The position numbers were made by a program, and so were the translations under genes. This document shows, one piece after another, positions 48,085 to 59,664 of a DNA stretch of 64,000 nucleotides. The notes beneath the pieces were generated by a model. That model had not been told where the DNA came from, did not search any database, and was given only the letters and a program-made list of their open reading frames with translations. Where the stretch lies: assembly GCA_003246755.1 (NCBI GenBank), contig QKDC01000165.1, forward strand, positions 1,651-65,650. Reading direction: 5' to 3'. Numbering within the stretch: position 1 is the stretch's first letter; the number at the start of each line of letters is the position of its first letter. Origin of the DNA: Gemmatimonadota bacterium. Its GTDB lineage: Bacteria; Gemmatimonadota; Gemmatimonadetes; Gemmatimonadales; GWC2-71-9.

Positions 48085-48103
48085 CGCGTTGAGTCTCGAC
48101 GCG
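48085..48103. terminator. Hairpin between convergent genes (possible bidirectional terminator)
   Basis: cgcgttga (48085-48092) / loop gtc / tcgacgcg (48096-48103). 8 bp including one G-U pair. No clear U-tract. Confidence 0.3.
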
Positions 48104-50689
<2,586 letters not shown>

Positions 50690-50698
50690 GGAGAGAGG

Positions 50699-52783
50699 TT
50701 ACCGCATTCCGGTCGTCACGGGAATCGTGGCGTGGTCCTCGGACATGACCGTGACTGGTGCGGTGATCCCGGCTTCCTCGGTGAAGAGGAAGTTGAGCAA
50801 GAATTGGTCTGTCTTCCGGTACAGGAGGCGCGCGGTCACACGCAATTCCGTCACCGCGTCGGTGGGAGGGGGCACGGCGACCACCCGGTCGAGTGCGGCC
50901 AGCGCGGTCTCCGTTCCCGCAGTCACGATGGCACCCGGGTACAAGAAGGTGAATTCGGCCTGGTCGGAGAGACCGGGGAAGAGCGACCGTCGGTAGCGGA
51001 CGCCGACCATCTCCCAGAGGTTGTGCCGATCGATGAGGTTACCGTATTGGTCGACCGGCTCGGCCTTGAGGATGAACGATCCGGGTGCGATGAAGTGTGA
51101 GGAGTCACGCTGCCCAGTCCGGTAGACCACGTTCCCGTTTTGATCCGTGACCTCCACTTCCACCCAGGCCTGGATGATGTCGAGCGGCCCAGTGGGGAAG
51201 TCATGGCCCACTTTGTTGTTGGTGAGTACTGTCTGGATCGTGACCGGCTCTCCGGGGCTGACCTGGGGCGGAGCCACGATGCGTATGGGGACGGCGGGGC
51301 CCTCGCGCCACTTATCCGCAATCTCCGGGACGTCGATCTCACCTCGAAGCCACTTTTCGGTCAGGGCGACGTGTTCCGCGGCCCCGGGAAGTTCGAGGGC
51401 GAGGGGCATGAATTGGTTCGCGGCCAGGAACCTGTGACTTCGGTGTTTCCCATCGGTGGGAGAACGGTTGTAGTCGAGATCGTCACCGCGGCCAGGGTCC
51501 TCCGAGGCCACGAGCGGCATATGGCATTCGCGACACTCCACCGTTTTGGTGGGGTCCCCGGGGGTATTCCAACGGCTCTTGCGCCAGTTATCGAACTGAT
51601 TCTGAAGCTGGACCCACCCAACCTGGTTGATCTCTTCGTCGATGAACTGCTTATGGCAGGCCGCGCAGAACTCTGGGCTCTTGAAGAGCTTGTGCTGGAG
51701 GCTCTTGACGTGATACCGCGGGTATGCCTTGATGAGAAATTCGCCAATCAATTGCCTGGGCCCGCCGTCGGCACCTTCGAACAGGTAGCGGCCGGGTTGG
51801 GAAATGACATAGTTCGCATTCCCCTGAACATCCGTCTCCGAAATCGAATGACAGGAAACGCACGAAATGCCTTCCTGATAGCCGCTCAGGGACGTGAGAT
51901 CCTCGACGAAGATGTTCTTGGTACCTGAAAAGAGGGAGATGGGGTCATGACATCCGCCACAATAGCGAGTGGATTCCGCCCCGTTTTGTTTTCCCATGAC
52001 GGATTGGACCGCCAGAAACGCAGCATCCATTGCCGAATAGCGATGCGCGCTGACTGCCCATTCGTCGTAGATCGCCTTGTGGCAACCTGCGGTGCCACAT
52101 GAAGCCGAACCCGACAACGACCGCGCGTCGAAGGCCCCTCCCGTACTGGTCCGGGCCAGGCTCGGTGCAAAAGGACGTTCGGGGCCGTAGAGGTAGCTGT
52201 AATCTTCTGGAAGTTCGTTGACGAACGGGGCGGGAGCCACCCACAGGGCTCCCACCACCGCTACCGCTATCAATCCGCCCGTCCAGAGCATTGTGCTCAG
52301 ACCGAATCCCTTGACTGCGCGTGCCAGTGCGGGTTCCCGAGTCGCTGGTGCGAGGGCCCGTACGATGACCGTGGCGAGATGTGGGACGACCGACGCCACC
52401 AGGGCAAACGTTGCCACGATATGGCTGAGATCCCACACACGCCCAATTCGGGTTCCCACGACGGACTGCCAGGTGAGGACCAGCCCGGAGATGACGAGCA
52501 CGAGCGTCGCCCCCAGGGCGAAATACCCCGTGAGCGTCTCATGGCTGAGCCGCAACGAGCGATAGGTGCGCCAATGCCGGACCAGATACCACACGAATGG
52601 GAGGATGCAAACCAGCCCGATCCCCGTATGGAGGATGACCATCACCTGGTTGGAGACACTGAAGGGGAGCAGGAAGATCGAGAGACCGGTCAGGGTCTCG
52701 AACACCATCAGACCGGAGACCGACCGCAAGAGCCGGCTTTGCCATTCCGAGGATTTTTGGGCCGCGTAGCCAGGTTTGACCAC
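50699..52783 (-). CDS. Fusion of a 5-TM His-containing membrane domain with a periplasmic multihaem c-type cytochrome (cytochrome c554-like) and a C-terminal beta-rich domain
   Basis: Haem motifs CGGCH, CVSCH, CAACH, CRECH plus CGTAGCH (nt 52079-52099), the last followed by KAIYDEWAVSAH. TM region has His residues in ILHTGIG, LVRHWRT, DLSHIVA, VVPHLAT. Start uncertain: GTG 52783 preferred, ATG 52708 possible; the track ORF runs to 53038. Confidence 0.75.
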   Translation of the reverse strand: MVKPGYAAQKSSEWQSRLLRSVSGLMVFETLTGLSIFLLPFSVSNQVMVILHTGIGLVCILPFVWYLVRHWRTYRSLRLSHETLTGYFALGATLVLVISGLVLTWQSVVGTRIGRVWDLSHIVATFALVASVVPHLATVIVRALAPATREPALARAVKGFGLSTMLWTGGLIAVAVVGALWVAPAPFVNELPEDYSYLYGPERPFAPSLARTSTGGAFDARSLSGSASCGTAGCHKAIYDEWAVSAHRYSAMDAAFLAVQSVMGKQNGAESTRYCGGCHDPISLFSGTKNIFVEDLTSLSGYQEGISCVSCHSISETDVQGNANYVISQPGRYLFEGADGGPRQLIGEFLIKAYPRYHVKSLQHKLFKSPEFCAACHKQFIDEEINQVGWVQLQNQFDNWRKSRWNTPGDPTKTVECRECHMPLVASEDPGRGDDLDYNRSPTDGKHRSHRFLAANQFMPLALELPGAAEHVALTEKWLRGEIDVPEIADKWREGPAVPIRIVAPPQVSPGEPVTIQTVLTNNKVGHDFPTGPLDIIQAWVEVEVTDQNGNVVYRTGQRDSSHFIAPGSFILKAEPVDQYGNLIDRHNLWEMVGVRYRRSLFPGLSDQAEFTFLYPGAIVTAGTETALAALDRVVAVPPPTDAVTELRVTARLLYRKTDQFLLNFLFTEEAGITAPVTVMSEDHATIPVTTGMR

Positions 52784-52932
52784 CGTACGTGGGCTCCGTT
52801 GTGCAAGGGGGGGGAACAGATTCGTCGTGAAGTGATACTGGCCCTCATCTGAAGCAGTCGTGAACCCCGTATGAAGCGGGTGTGTAAGGTGTGTGGGCCC
52901 ACGGACTTCACTTCTTACCGGAGTGTGCCATC

Positions 52933-53337
52933 GTGATCGCCAGACTCTCACTCTTATCCCTGTTGGTGTGCCTTGGCTGCTCCACTTCCAGCCCAGGAGG
53001 CCCGAACCCCCCGCCTCCCCCTGGCCCTCCACCACCACCGCCTCCTTCCCCGTCGCCCGCAGTTACCGTCACGGTGCAGAACAACCTCTTCACGCCTGAG
53101 ATCGCCAGTGTGAATGTCGGAGGGACGGTGACCTGGAACTGGGTCAGCAGTGACCATACGGTCACTTCGGTGCTCTCTCCCGCCTTCAACGCCAACACGG
53201 GGGTCCAGAACACCGGGTTCACCCTTGGCCCGTTGACGTTCAACACCGCGGGGACATTCGCCTACATCTGTACGGTTCACGGCTCCGTCAGTGGAAACTC
53301 GACTTCGGGAATGGCAGGGACTGTGGTGGTTCAGTAA
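52933..53337 (+). CDS. Lipoprotein cupredoxin (type-1 blue copper protein) with poly-Pro linker
   Basis: GTG 52933 (VIARLSLLSLLVCLGC lipobox). Linker PNPPPPPGPPPPPPPSPSP. Ligand pattern H (SSDHTV) ... C-x2-H-x11-M (ICTVHGSVSGNSTSGM). Confidence 0.75.
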   Translation: MIARLSLLSLLVCLGCSTSSPGGPNPPPPPGPPPPPPPSPSPAVTVTVQNNLFTPEIASVNVGGTVTWNWVSSDHTVTSVLSPAFNANTGVQNTGFTLGPLTFNTAGTFAYICTVHGSVSGNSTSGMAGTVVVQ

Positions 53338-53344
53338 CCGGAAC

Positions 53345-53377
53345 TCGGTGGGCACTGGTGAGGAGCCAGCCCACCGA
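53345..53377 (+). terminator. Strong hairpin after the cupredoxin stop (terminator candidate, no U-tract)
   Basis: tcggtgggc(ac)tgg (53345-53358) / loop tgaggag / ccagcccaccga (53366-53377). 12 bp with a 2-nt bulge. Confidence 0.35.
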
Positions 53378-53457
53378 AGAGCTTCTCCCTGGCGTCCGGG
53401 GCAAACCCTGGATACTCTAGCGGGCAGATTCCTTCACCTGCGATCCCTGGAGTAACC

Positions 53458-56343
53458 ATGGACTTGTCCCTCACGCTCAGGCGCCTCTCGTGTCTGATCC
53501 TCGTTGGTCTCCTGATCCCGTTCTCCGATGTCTCGGCGCAGGACCTCCTCAATCAAACCTCTGACCCTCTGCTCCGTGGTTTCCGCTGGCGTTCGATCGG
53601 CCCGGCGGGACAGGGCGGTCGCGTCGATGACATCGAGGCGGTCGAAACCGATCCCACCACCTTCTACGTGGGCTTCGCGACGGGGGGCCTTTGGAAGACT
53701 ACGAATCAGGGCATCACCTTCGAGCCGATCTTCGACAGATACGGAACACATTCTGTTGGTGATATCGCGATTGCTCCATCCAACCCGGATGTGGTCTACG
53801 TCGGCACGGGCGAGGCCAACAATCGGCAGAGTTCCTCGTTCGGTGACGGCGTGTACAAGACGACCGATGGAGGCAAGACGTTTGCCCACGTTGGTTTGCG
53901 GAACACGCAGTCGATCGCGCGGGTCGTCGTGCACCCCACGAACCCGGATGTGGTCTGGGTCGCTGCCATCGGTCACCTGTTTGGTCCCAACCCAGACCGA
54001 GGCGTCTTCCTGACCACCGATGGGGGGAGGACCTGGACCAAGACGCTCTTCGTGGACGACAATACAGGAGCGACGGACCTCATCATCCACCCCACCAACC
54101 CCCAGGTTCTGTTCGCGGCCACCTACGAGAGGCGGCGAACCGCATGGGGGTTCGCGAGCGGCGGATCCGCCACGGGGATCTGGAAGAGCGCCGATGGAGG
54201 CCGCAGTTGGACCCGCCTCCGCGGGAATGGGCTGCCCGAGGGGACGATGGGGAGGATCGGCCTGGCGATCAGCCGGTCGAATCCAGACGTCGTGTACATC
54301 CAAGCGGAAGTGGCGCCCGACAGGGAACCGCAGGATCGAAGCGCGGCTCCCAGTCAGGGTGGTCCGGGAGGGGGGGGATTCGGCCAGCAGGATGAGCCAC
54401 CCGACGACAAGGTGAGCGGGGTATGGCGATCGGATGATGGCGGCAACAGCTGGAGCTTCATGAGTAACGAGAACAACCGCCCCATGTATTACAGCCAGAT
54501 CAGGGTCGATCCACGTGACCCGATGACGGTGTACGTTGGCGGGCAGCAGGCCTCGAAATCGGTGGATGGCGGCAAGACCTTCGAACCGATGCGAGGCATG
54601 GGCCATGTGGACAACCACGCGATCTGGATCGACCCCAACGACAGTCGCCATGTGATGTACGGAAACGACGGCTCGGTGGACGTTTCGTGGGATGGTGGCG
54701 AGAACTGGGAGTCGCTTCGGTCCTGGGCGGTGGGCCAGCCGTATCATGCGTCGGTGGATATGCGCCACCCGTACTACGTCTGCACCGGTCTGCAAGACAA
54801 TGGGAGTTGGTGTGGACCCAGTTCCGCGCGAAGTGGTTCGATCCTTTCGCAGGATTGGTATCGAGTCGGGGGCGGGGATGGGTTCTACACGCTCGTTGAT
54901 CCGACCGACCCCAACACGATCTACAGCGAGTCACAAAACGGCAATGTCCGACGCGTGGATCTTGGTACCGGGGAGTCCGTCTCGATCCGACCGAGGATCG
55001 GTGGAGGAGGCGGTGGCGGATTCGGTGGTGGCGGAACCCCCAACATCGTCCCCATCCCGGACGACAATCCGCGGATCAGGTGGAACTGGAACACGCCGTT
55101 GGTGATGTCCGCCCATACTCCGACGACGATCTACGCGGGTGGAAATGCCCTTTTCATTTCGCGTGACCGGGGTACCACCTGGACCATGACGTCCGACCTG
55201 ACCAAGGGCATCGACAAAGACGAGCGAAGCATTCTCGGCATGAGGGGGACCATGCCTCGATGCAGCCGACAGCGGAGTGGCGCGTGTATTCACTCGCGCA
55301 ACGACGGTGTGAATGCCTACGGCACGATCGTATCCATCTCAGAGTCATCAATCACCCCTTCCATACTCTGGGTGGGAACGGACGATGGGAACATCCAAGT
55401 GTCCAGGGATGGGGGAACGACCTGGACGGAAGTAGGAAAGAATCTCCCCGGCGGTCCGAAGGAGTATTACGTCTCTCGGGTTGAAGCGTCCCATTTCGAT
55501 CGGTCGACGGCCTATGCCTCACTGGACGGGCATCGGAGCGATGACCTGAATCCATATGTCTTCGTGACCCGAGACTATGGCGCCACCTGGTCGTCCATTT
55601 CTGCGGGGCTCCCATCGGTTGGAAACGTCAATACCGTTCGAGAGGACCCCCGGAATTCCAACTTGCTATATGTCGGGACCGAGTTTGGTGTCTTCGTATC
55701 GCTCGATGCCGGCGGGCACTGGAAGCGCTTCATGAGCGGTCTCCCCGTGGTGCGCATCGACGATATCCTGGTCCATCCGCGAGAGAATGATCTCGTGCTC
55801 GCATCGCACGGCCGCAGTGTCTGGATCATGGACGACGTGACGGCCCTCCAGCAGCTGGCCGGCACCACACCGCGGGAACCGGTGCTTCTCCAGCCTCAGA
55901 ACACCGTGCGCTGGAAGCAGGACGTCCGACAGCAGCGATCGGTCACCGGCGCGAAGAACTTCGAGGGCGAGAATGCGCCACGGGGGACTGCGATCGGTTA
56001 CTATCTGCCCGCCGCCGCTCGGGGCGATGTCAAGATCACGATTCGTGCGTTGGGGAGTGATTCTGTCTTTCGGACTATCGAGGGAACCCGGGAGGCCGGA
56101 CTCAACCGGTTGCAGTGGGATCTCTGCAGCGATCCCCGGCCAGTGCAGCAGGGTCAGGGTGGATTCGGCGGCTTCGGTGGTGGTGGGTGTGGCGGAGGAG
56201 GCTTTGGTGGCGGGCAACAGGGTCAGCGACGCATCGCACGACTCGCCGATCCTGGTTCCTACGTCGTCACCCTCGAGGTGGGTGGCCGAGAATACGCCAA
56301 AGGCGTGACGGTGCTCGAGGACATCTGGCTGAACGAGCGCTAA
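53458..56343 (+). CDS. Sortilin/VPS10-like BNR (Asp-box) repeat protein, secreted, 961 aa (paralogue of 9774..13007)
   Basis: Signal peptide. Asp-boxes TTDGGKTFAHV, TTDGGRTWTKT, SADGGRSWTRL, SDDGGNSWSFM, SVDGGKTFEPM, SWDGGENWESL, SRDRGTTWTMT, SRDGGTTWTEV. Two Gly/Phe-rich inserts. Confidence 0.8.
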   Translation: MDLSLTLRRLSCLILVGLLIPFSDVSAQDLLNQTSDPLLRGFRWRSIGPAGQGGRVDDIEAVETDPTTFYVGFATGGLWKTTNQGITFEPIFDRYGTHSVGDIAIAPSNPDVVYVGTGEANNRQSSSFGDGVYKTTDGGKTFAHVGLRNTQSIARVVVHPTNPDVVWVAAIGHLFGPNPDRGVFLTTDGGRTWTKTLFVDDNTGATDLIIHPTNPQVLFAATYERRRTAWGFASGGSATGIWKSADGGRSWTRLRGNGLPEGTMGRIGLAISRSNPDVVYIQAEVAPDREPQDRSAAPSQGGPGGGGFGQQDEPPDDKVSGVWRSDDGGNSWSFMSNENNRPMYYSQIRVDPRDPMTVYVGGQQASKSVDGGKTFEPMRGMGHVDNHAIWIDPNDSRHVMYGNDGSVDVSWDGGENWESLRSWAVGQPYHASVDMRHPYYVCTGLQDNGSWCGPSSARSGSILSQDWYRVGGGDGFYTLVDPTDPNTIYSESQNGNVRRVDLGTGESVSIRPRIGGGGGGGFGGGGTPNIVPIPDDNPRIRWNWNTPLVMSAHTPTTIYAGGNALFISRDRGTTWTMTSDLTKGIDKDERSILGMRGTMPRCSRQRSGACIHSRNDGVNAYGTIVSISESSITPSILWVGTDDGNIQVSRDGGTTWTEVGKNLPGGPKEYYVSRVEASHFDRSTAYASLDGHRSDDLNPYVFVTRDYGATWSSISAGLPSVGNVNTVREDPRNSNLLYVGTEFGVFVSLDAGGHWKRFMSGLPVVRIDDILVHPRENDLVLASHGRSVWIMDDVTALQQLAGTTPREPVLLQPQNTVRWKQDVRQQRSVTGAKNFEGENAPRGTAIGYYLPAAARGDVKITIRALGSDSVFRTIEGTREAGLNRLQWDLCSDPRPVQQGQGGFGGFGGGGCGGGGFGGGQQGQRRIARLADPGSYVVTLEVGGREYAKGVTVLEDIWLNER

Positions 56344-56347
56344 GGCC

Positions 56348-56836
56348 GTGAAGCCGATCGCCCCCGGAACCACGATCGGGCATGTGCATCTGAAGGTTGC
56401 GGACCTCGAGCGCGCCATTGGCTTCTACTCTGGCGTGCTGGGGTTCGAGGTCACGCAGCGCATGGGTGATCAGGCGGCTTTCCTCGCAGCCGGGGGCTAC
56501 CACCACCATCTGGGATTGAACACCTGGGAGAGTGCCGGTGGACTACCGCCACCACGGGGTTCCACCGGACTCTATCACACGGCGATTCGATATCCCACCC
56601 GTGCTGCCCTCGCCGACGCCCTTCGGCGTGTGAGGAGTGCGGGAATGACCCTTCAAGGGGCGTCGGATCATGGTGTGAGCGAGGCACTCTATCTCAAGGA
56701 CCCGGACCAGAATGGTGTGGAGTTGTATTGGGACAAACCCGAGGCAGAGTGGCCACGAGACACGGACGGGAGATTGATGATGGTGACCCGTCCACTCGAC
56801 CTCACGAATCTCCTCGCCGAGCCCCCGATGGATTGA
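56348..56836 (+). CDS. VOC (glyoxalase / extradiol dioxygenase-like) family protein
   Basis: IGHVHLKVADLERAIGFYSGVLGFEV and HHHLGLNTWES blocks. Confidence 0.75.
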   Translation: MKPIAPGTTIGHVHLKVADLERAIGFYSGVLGFEVTQRMGDQAAFLAAGGYHHHLGLNTWESAGGLPPPRGSTGLYHTAIRYPTRAALADALRRVRSAGMTLQGASDHGVSEALYLKDPDQNGVELYWDKPEAEWPRDTDGRLMMVTRPLDLTNLLAEPPMD

Positions 56837-56895
56837 GGTCCTCCGCGCGTTGGTGGATAGGATCTCCCGTGCGCTCCTGATACAATTCCTGTTCG

Positions 56896-58086
56896 ATGCT
56901 CAAAACCACTCCATTCCACCCACGAACGGCCCCCCTTGTTCGGGCACAAACCTGGCGTCGTTGGGCGGGGTACCAGGTCGCGAGTTCGTACGAACCCCAC
57001 CCGGATCGTGAGTACGCGGCCGTGCGCAATGGGGCGGCACTCTTCGACGTCTCTCCATTGCACAAGTACATGATCAGCGGCCCCGATGCCGAACGACTGC
57101 TTGACCGGATGGTGACCAGGGACGTCACGAAGTGTCGGGTCGGGCAGGTGCTGTACACTCCGTGGTGCGACGCCTCCGGCAAGATCATCGATGATGGAAC
57201 AATCAGCCGGCTCGAGGAGATGCGGTTTCGGTTGACGGCGGCTGAGCCCAATCTGCGGTGGCTTACGATGAATGCCGTCGGTCTCGATGTCACCATCGAG
57301 GATGTATCCGAACGGACGGCGGCCCTCGCGCTCCAGGGTCCCCTGTCTCGGGCGGTGCTCGAGCAGGTGTCCCCAGCCGACCTTGCGGCACTCAGGTACT
57401 TCAGGCTCGTGGAGACGACGATTCGCAAGATTCCGGTCACCATTTCGCGTACGGGATACACGGGCGACCTGGGATATGAGTTGTGGGTCGATGCGACCCG
57501 CGCTCTCGACCTGTGGGACGCGTTGTCCGACGCGGGGGCGGCTTACGGAATCACACCAGCAGGTATCTGGGCACTCGATCTTGCGCGCATCGAGGCAGGG
57601 CTAGTCATGCTCGACGTCGATTATCACTCCGCGCATCATGCACTGATCGAGGCCCAGAAGTCGTCGCCCTTCGAACTCGGCCTCGGCTGGACGGTCCCCG
57701 CGACAAAGCCTGGACCGTACAACGGGCGCCAGGCGCTCCGGTCAGAACGGGAAAGCCCACGGGCGTGGGCATTCGTGGGTCTCGAAGTGTCGTGGGAATC
57801 GTTCGAGGCCCTCCACTTGGATCGAGGTCTTCCCCCGCACCTTCCCGTGATCGCCTGGCGCGTCAGTCAGCCGGTCTATCGAAATGGCGCACAGGTCGGG
57901 TATGCCTCGAGTGGGTGCTGGTCGCCGCTCCTCAAACGTTATATCGCACTCGCCCATCTCGAAGCATCCAACTCTGACCCTGGAACCGCAGTCACCATGG
58001 AGGTCACGGTCGAACATCGCCGGTGTCAGGCTAGAGCGGTGGTGCGCTCGCTCCCCTTCTTCGACCCCGAGCGCAAACGCGCATGA
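56896..58086 (+). CDS. Aminomethyltransferase-family (GcvT-like) folate-binding protein
   Basis: EYAAVRNGAALFDVSPLHKYMISGPDAERLLDRMVTRDV and YTGDLGYELWV blocks typical of the GcvT/DmdA-type fold. Confidence 0.8.
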   Translation: MLKTTPFHPRTAPLVRAQTWRRWAGYQVASSYEPHPDREYAAVRNGAALFDVSPLHKYMISGPDAERLLDRMVTRDVTKCRVGQVLYTPWCDASGKIIDDGTISRLEEMRFRLTAAEPNLRWLTMNAVGLDVTIEDVSERTAALALQGPLSRAVLEQVSPADLAALRYFRLVETTIRKIPVTISRTGYTGDLGYELWVDATRALDLWDALSDAGAAYGITPAGIWALDLARIEAGLVMLDVDYHSAHHALIEAQKSSPFELGLGWTVPATKPGPYNGRQALRSERESPRAWAFVGLEVSWESFEALHLDRGLPPHLPVIAWRVSQPVYRNGAQVGYASSGCWSPLLKRYIALAHLEASNSDPGTAVTMEVTVEHRRCQARAVVRSLPFFDPERKRA

Positions 58087-59663
58087 CGACATCACGGTAC
58101 GATGCCATCCTGATTGGGGGTGGGCACAACGGTCTGGTCGCTGCTGCGTATCTCGCCCGTGCTGGTCGCAAGGTCCTGGTGCTCGAGAAACGGCCCGTCC
58201 TCGGGGGCGCGGCCGTCACCGAGGAAATTTTTCCGGGGTTCAAGTTTTCGGTGTTTTCCTACGTCGTGAGCCTGCTACGTCCGGAGATTATCCGAGACCT
58301 CGACCTCCCCCGCCACGGCCTGCAGATTCTCCCGCTCGAGAGTACCGTGACCCCTTTGGAGAACGGGGACTACTTGGGTTCCTGGGCCGATCCGGACGAG
58401 AACCGCAGGGAACTGTGCAGACACTCCCCCCGGGATGCCGAGGCCATGTCGCAATTCGGGCGGTTGATGCAGCATATGGCGATGGCGGTCAAGCCCATTC
58501 TGGGAATGATGCCGCCAGACCCCACGTCGCTCGCACCCTCAGACCTGGCGGGGATGCTCAAACTCGGCAACCACTTTCGGTCGCTCGGTCCCGATCGGTT
58601 CCATGCCCTGTTCAAGCTGATGACGATGAGCAGTGCCGACTACCTCGACGAGTGGTACGAATTCGACCCACTGAAAGCGACGAAATCGGCGAGTGGCATC
58701 ATCGGGACGTTCCTTGGTCCTCGATCCCCTGGCTCCGCCTACGTGCTGTTGCATCATTATATGGGTGAAATCGATGGAGCCTTCCGGGCGTGGGGATTCC
58801 AGAAGGGGGGCACCGGGGCCATTAGTGAGGCGATTGCCGGCGCTGCCCGTGGCCATGGTGCGGAGATCAGGACCGATGCGGGGGTCGCGCAGGTCGTGGT
58901 GCGCAGTGGCCGGGTGACTGGCGTGGCACTCGAGAACGGCGACGAGATCGAAGCTCCGATGGTCATCTCTGGGCTCGATCCGCGGCGCACCCTCTTGCAG
59001 TTGGTCGAGGAGAAGGAACTGCCGGGAGATGTCGTCGATGCCGTCAAGCGCTTCAAGTTCCGCGGTTCCTCCGGGAAGGTAAACCTGGCCTTGGACGGCC
59101 TTCCCGATCTTCACTGTTTGCCGGGGGCAGGTCCCCACCTCAAGGGGGCGATTTCCATCAGCCCGAGCCTCGACTATCTCGAGCGGGCCTATGATGACGC
59201 CAAGTATGGAGAGTTTTCCCGGCACCCCTACATGGATGTGGTGATTCCTTCGATGATCGATCCAGGAATGGCCCCGCCCGGGAAACATGTAATGAGCATC
59301 TTCGTGCAGTACGCACCCTATAACCTGAACGGTGGATGGAACAACGACCGGCGAGAGGCATTCGGCGATGCGGTCGTGAACACCCTGGCGCGGTACATGC
59401 CGAATCTCAAGGACAGGATCTTGTACCGACAGGTGCTCACCCCGGCAGACATCGAACGCATCACCGGCTTGAGCGAGGGCAACATTTTCCAGGGAGAACT
59501 CGCCCTTCACCAGCTCTTCTTCCTCCGTCCGGTTCCCGCCTGGGCGAAATACCGGACACCCATCAGGGGGTATTGGCAGTGTGGCGCGGGCACGCACCCC
59601 GGAGGAGGGATCATGGGTGCCTCGGGTCACCTCGCGGCACGAGCCATTCTGGGCGAGCGCTGA
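58083..59663 (+). CDS. FAD-dependent oxidoreductase, phytoene-desaturase (CrtI)-like family
   Basis: ATGA overlap at 58083-58086. Dinucleotide fold YDAILIGGGHNGLVAAAYLARAGRKVLVLEKRPVLGG. C-terminal GAGTHPGGGIMGASG. Confidence 0.8.
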   Translation: MTTSRYDAILIGGGHNGLVAAAYLARAGRKVLVLEKRPVLGGAAVTEEIFPGFKFSVFSYVVSLLRPEIIRDLDLPRHGLQILPLESTVTPLENGDYLGSWADPDENRRELCRHSPRDAEAMSQFGRLMQHMAMAVKPILGMMPPDPTSLAPSDLAGMLKLGNHFRSLGPDRFHALFKLMTMSSADYLDEWYEFDPLKATKSASGIIGTFLGPRSPGSAYVLLHHYMGEIDGAFRAWGFQKGGTGAISEAIAGAARGHGAEIRTDAGVAQVVVRSGRVTGVALENGDEIEAPMVISGLDPRRTLLQLVEEKELPGDVVDAVKRFKFRGSSGKVNLALDGLPDLHCLPGAGPHLKGAISISPSLDYLERAYDDAKYGEFSRHPYMDVVIPSMIDPGMAPPGKHVMSIFVQYAPYNLNGGWNNDRREAFGDAVVNTLARYMPNLKDRILYRQVLTPADIERITGLSEGNIFQGELALHQLFFLRPVPAWAKYRTPIRGYWQCGAGTHPGGGIMGASGHLAARAILGER

Positions 59664-59664
59664 C

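Noticed and set aside
53434-54795. 453-aa ORF antisense to the second sortilin/BNR gene
   Set aside because: Shadow ORF. No motifs, and it is fully contained within a well-supported sense gene.
54985-56225. Gly-codon-rich repeats as a possible CRISPR or other non-coding repeat array
   Set aside because: The repeats are in frame within a long ORF and encode GGF tracts. There is no repeat-spacer periodicity.
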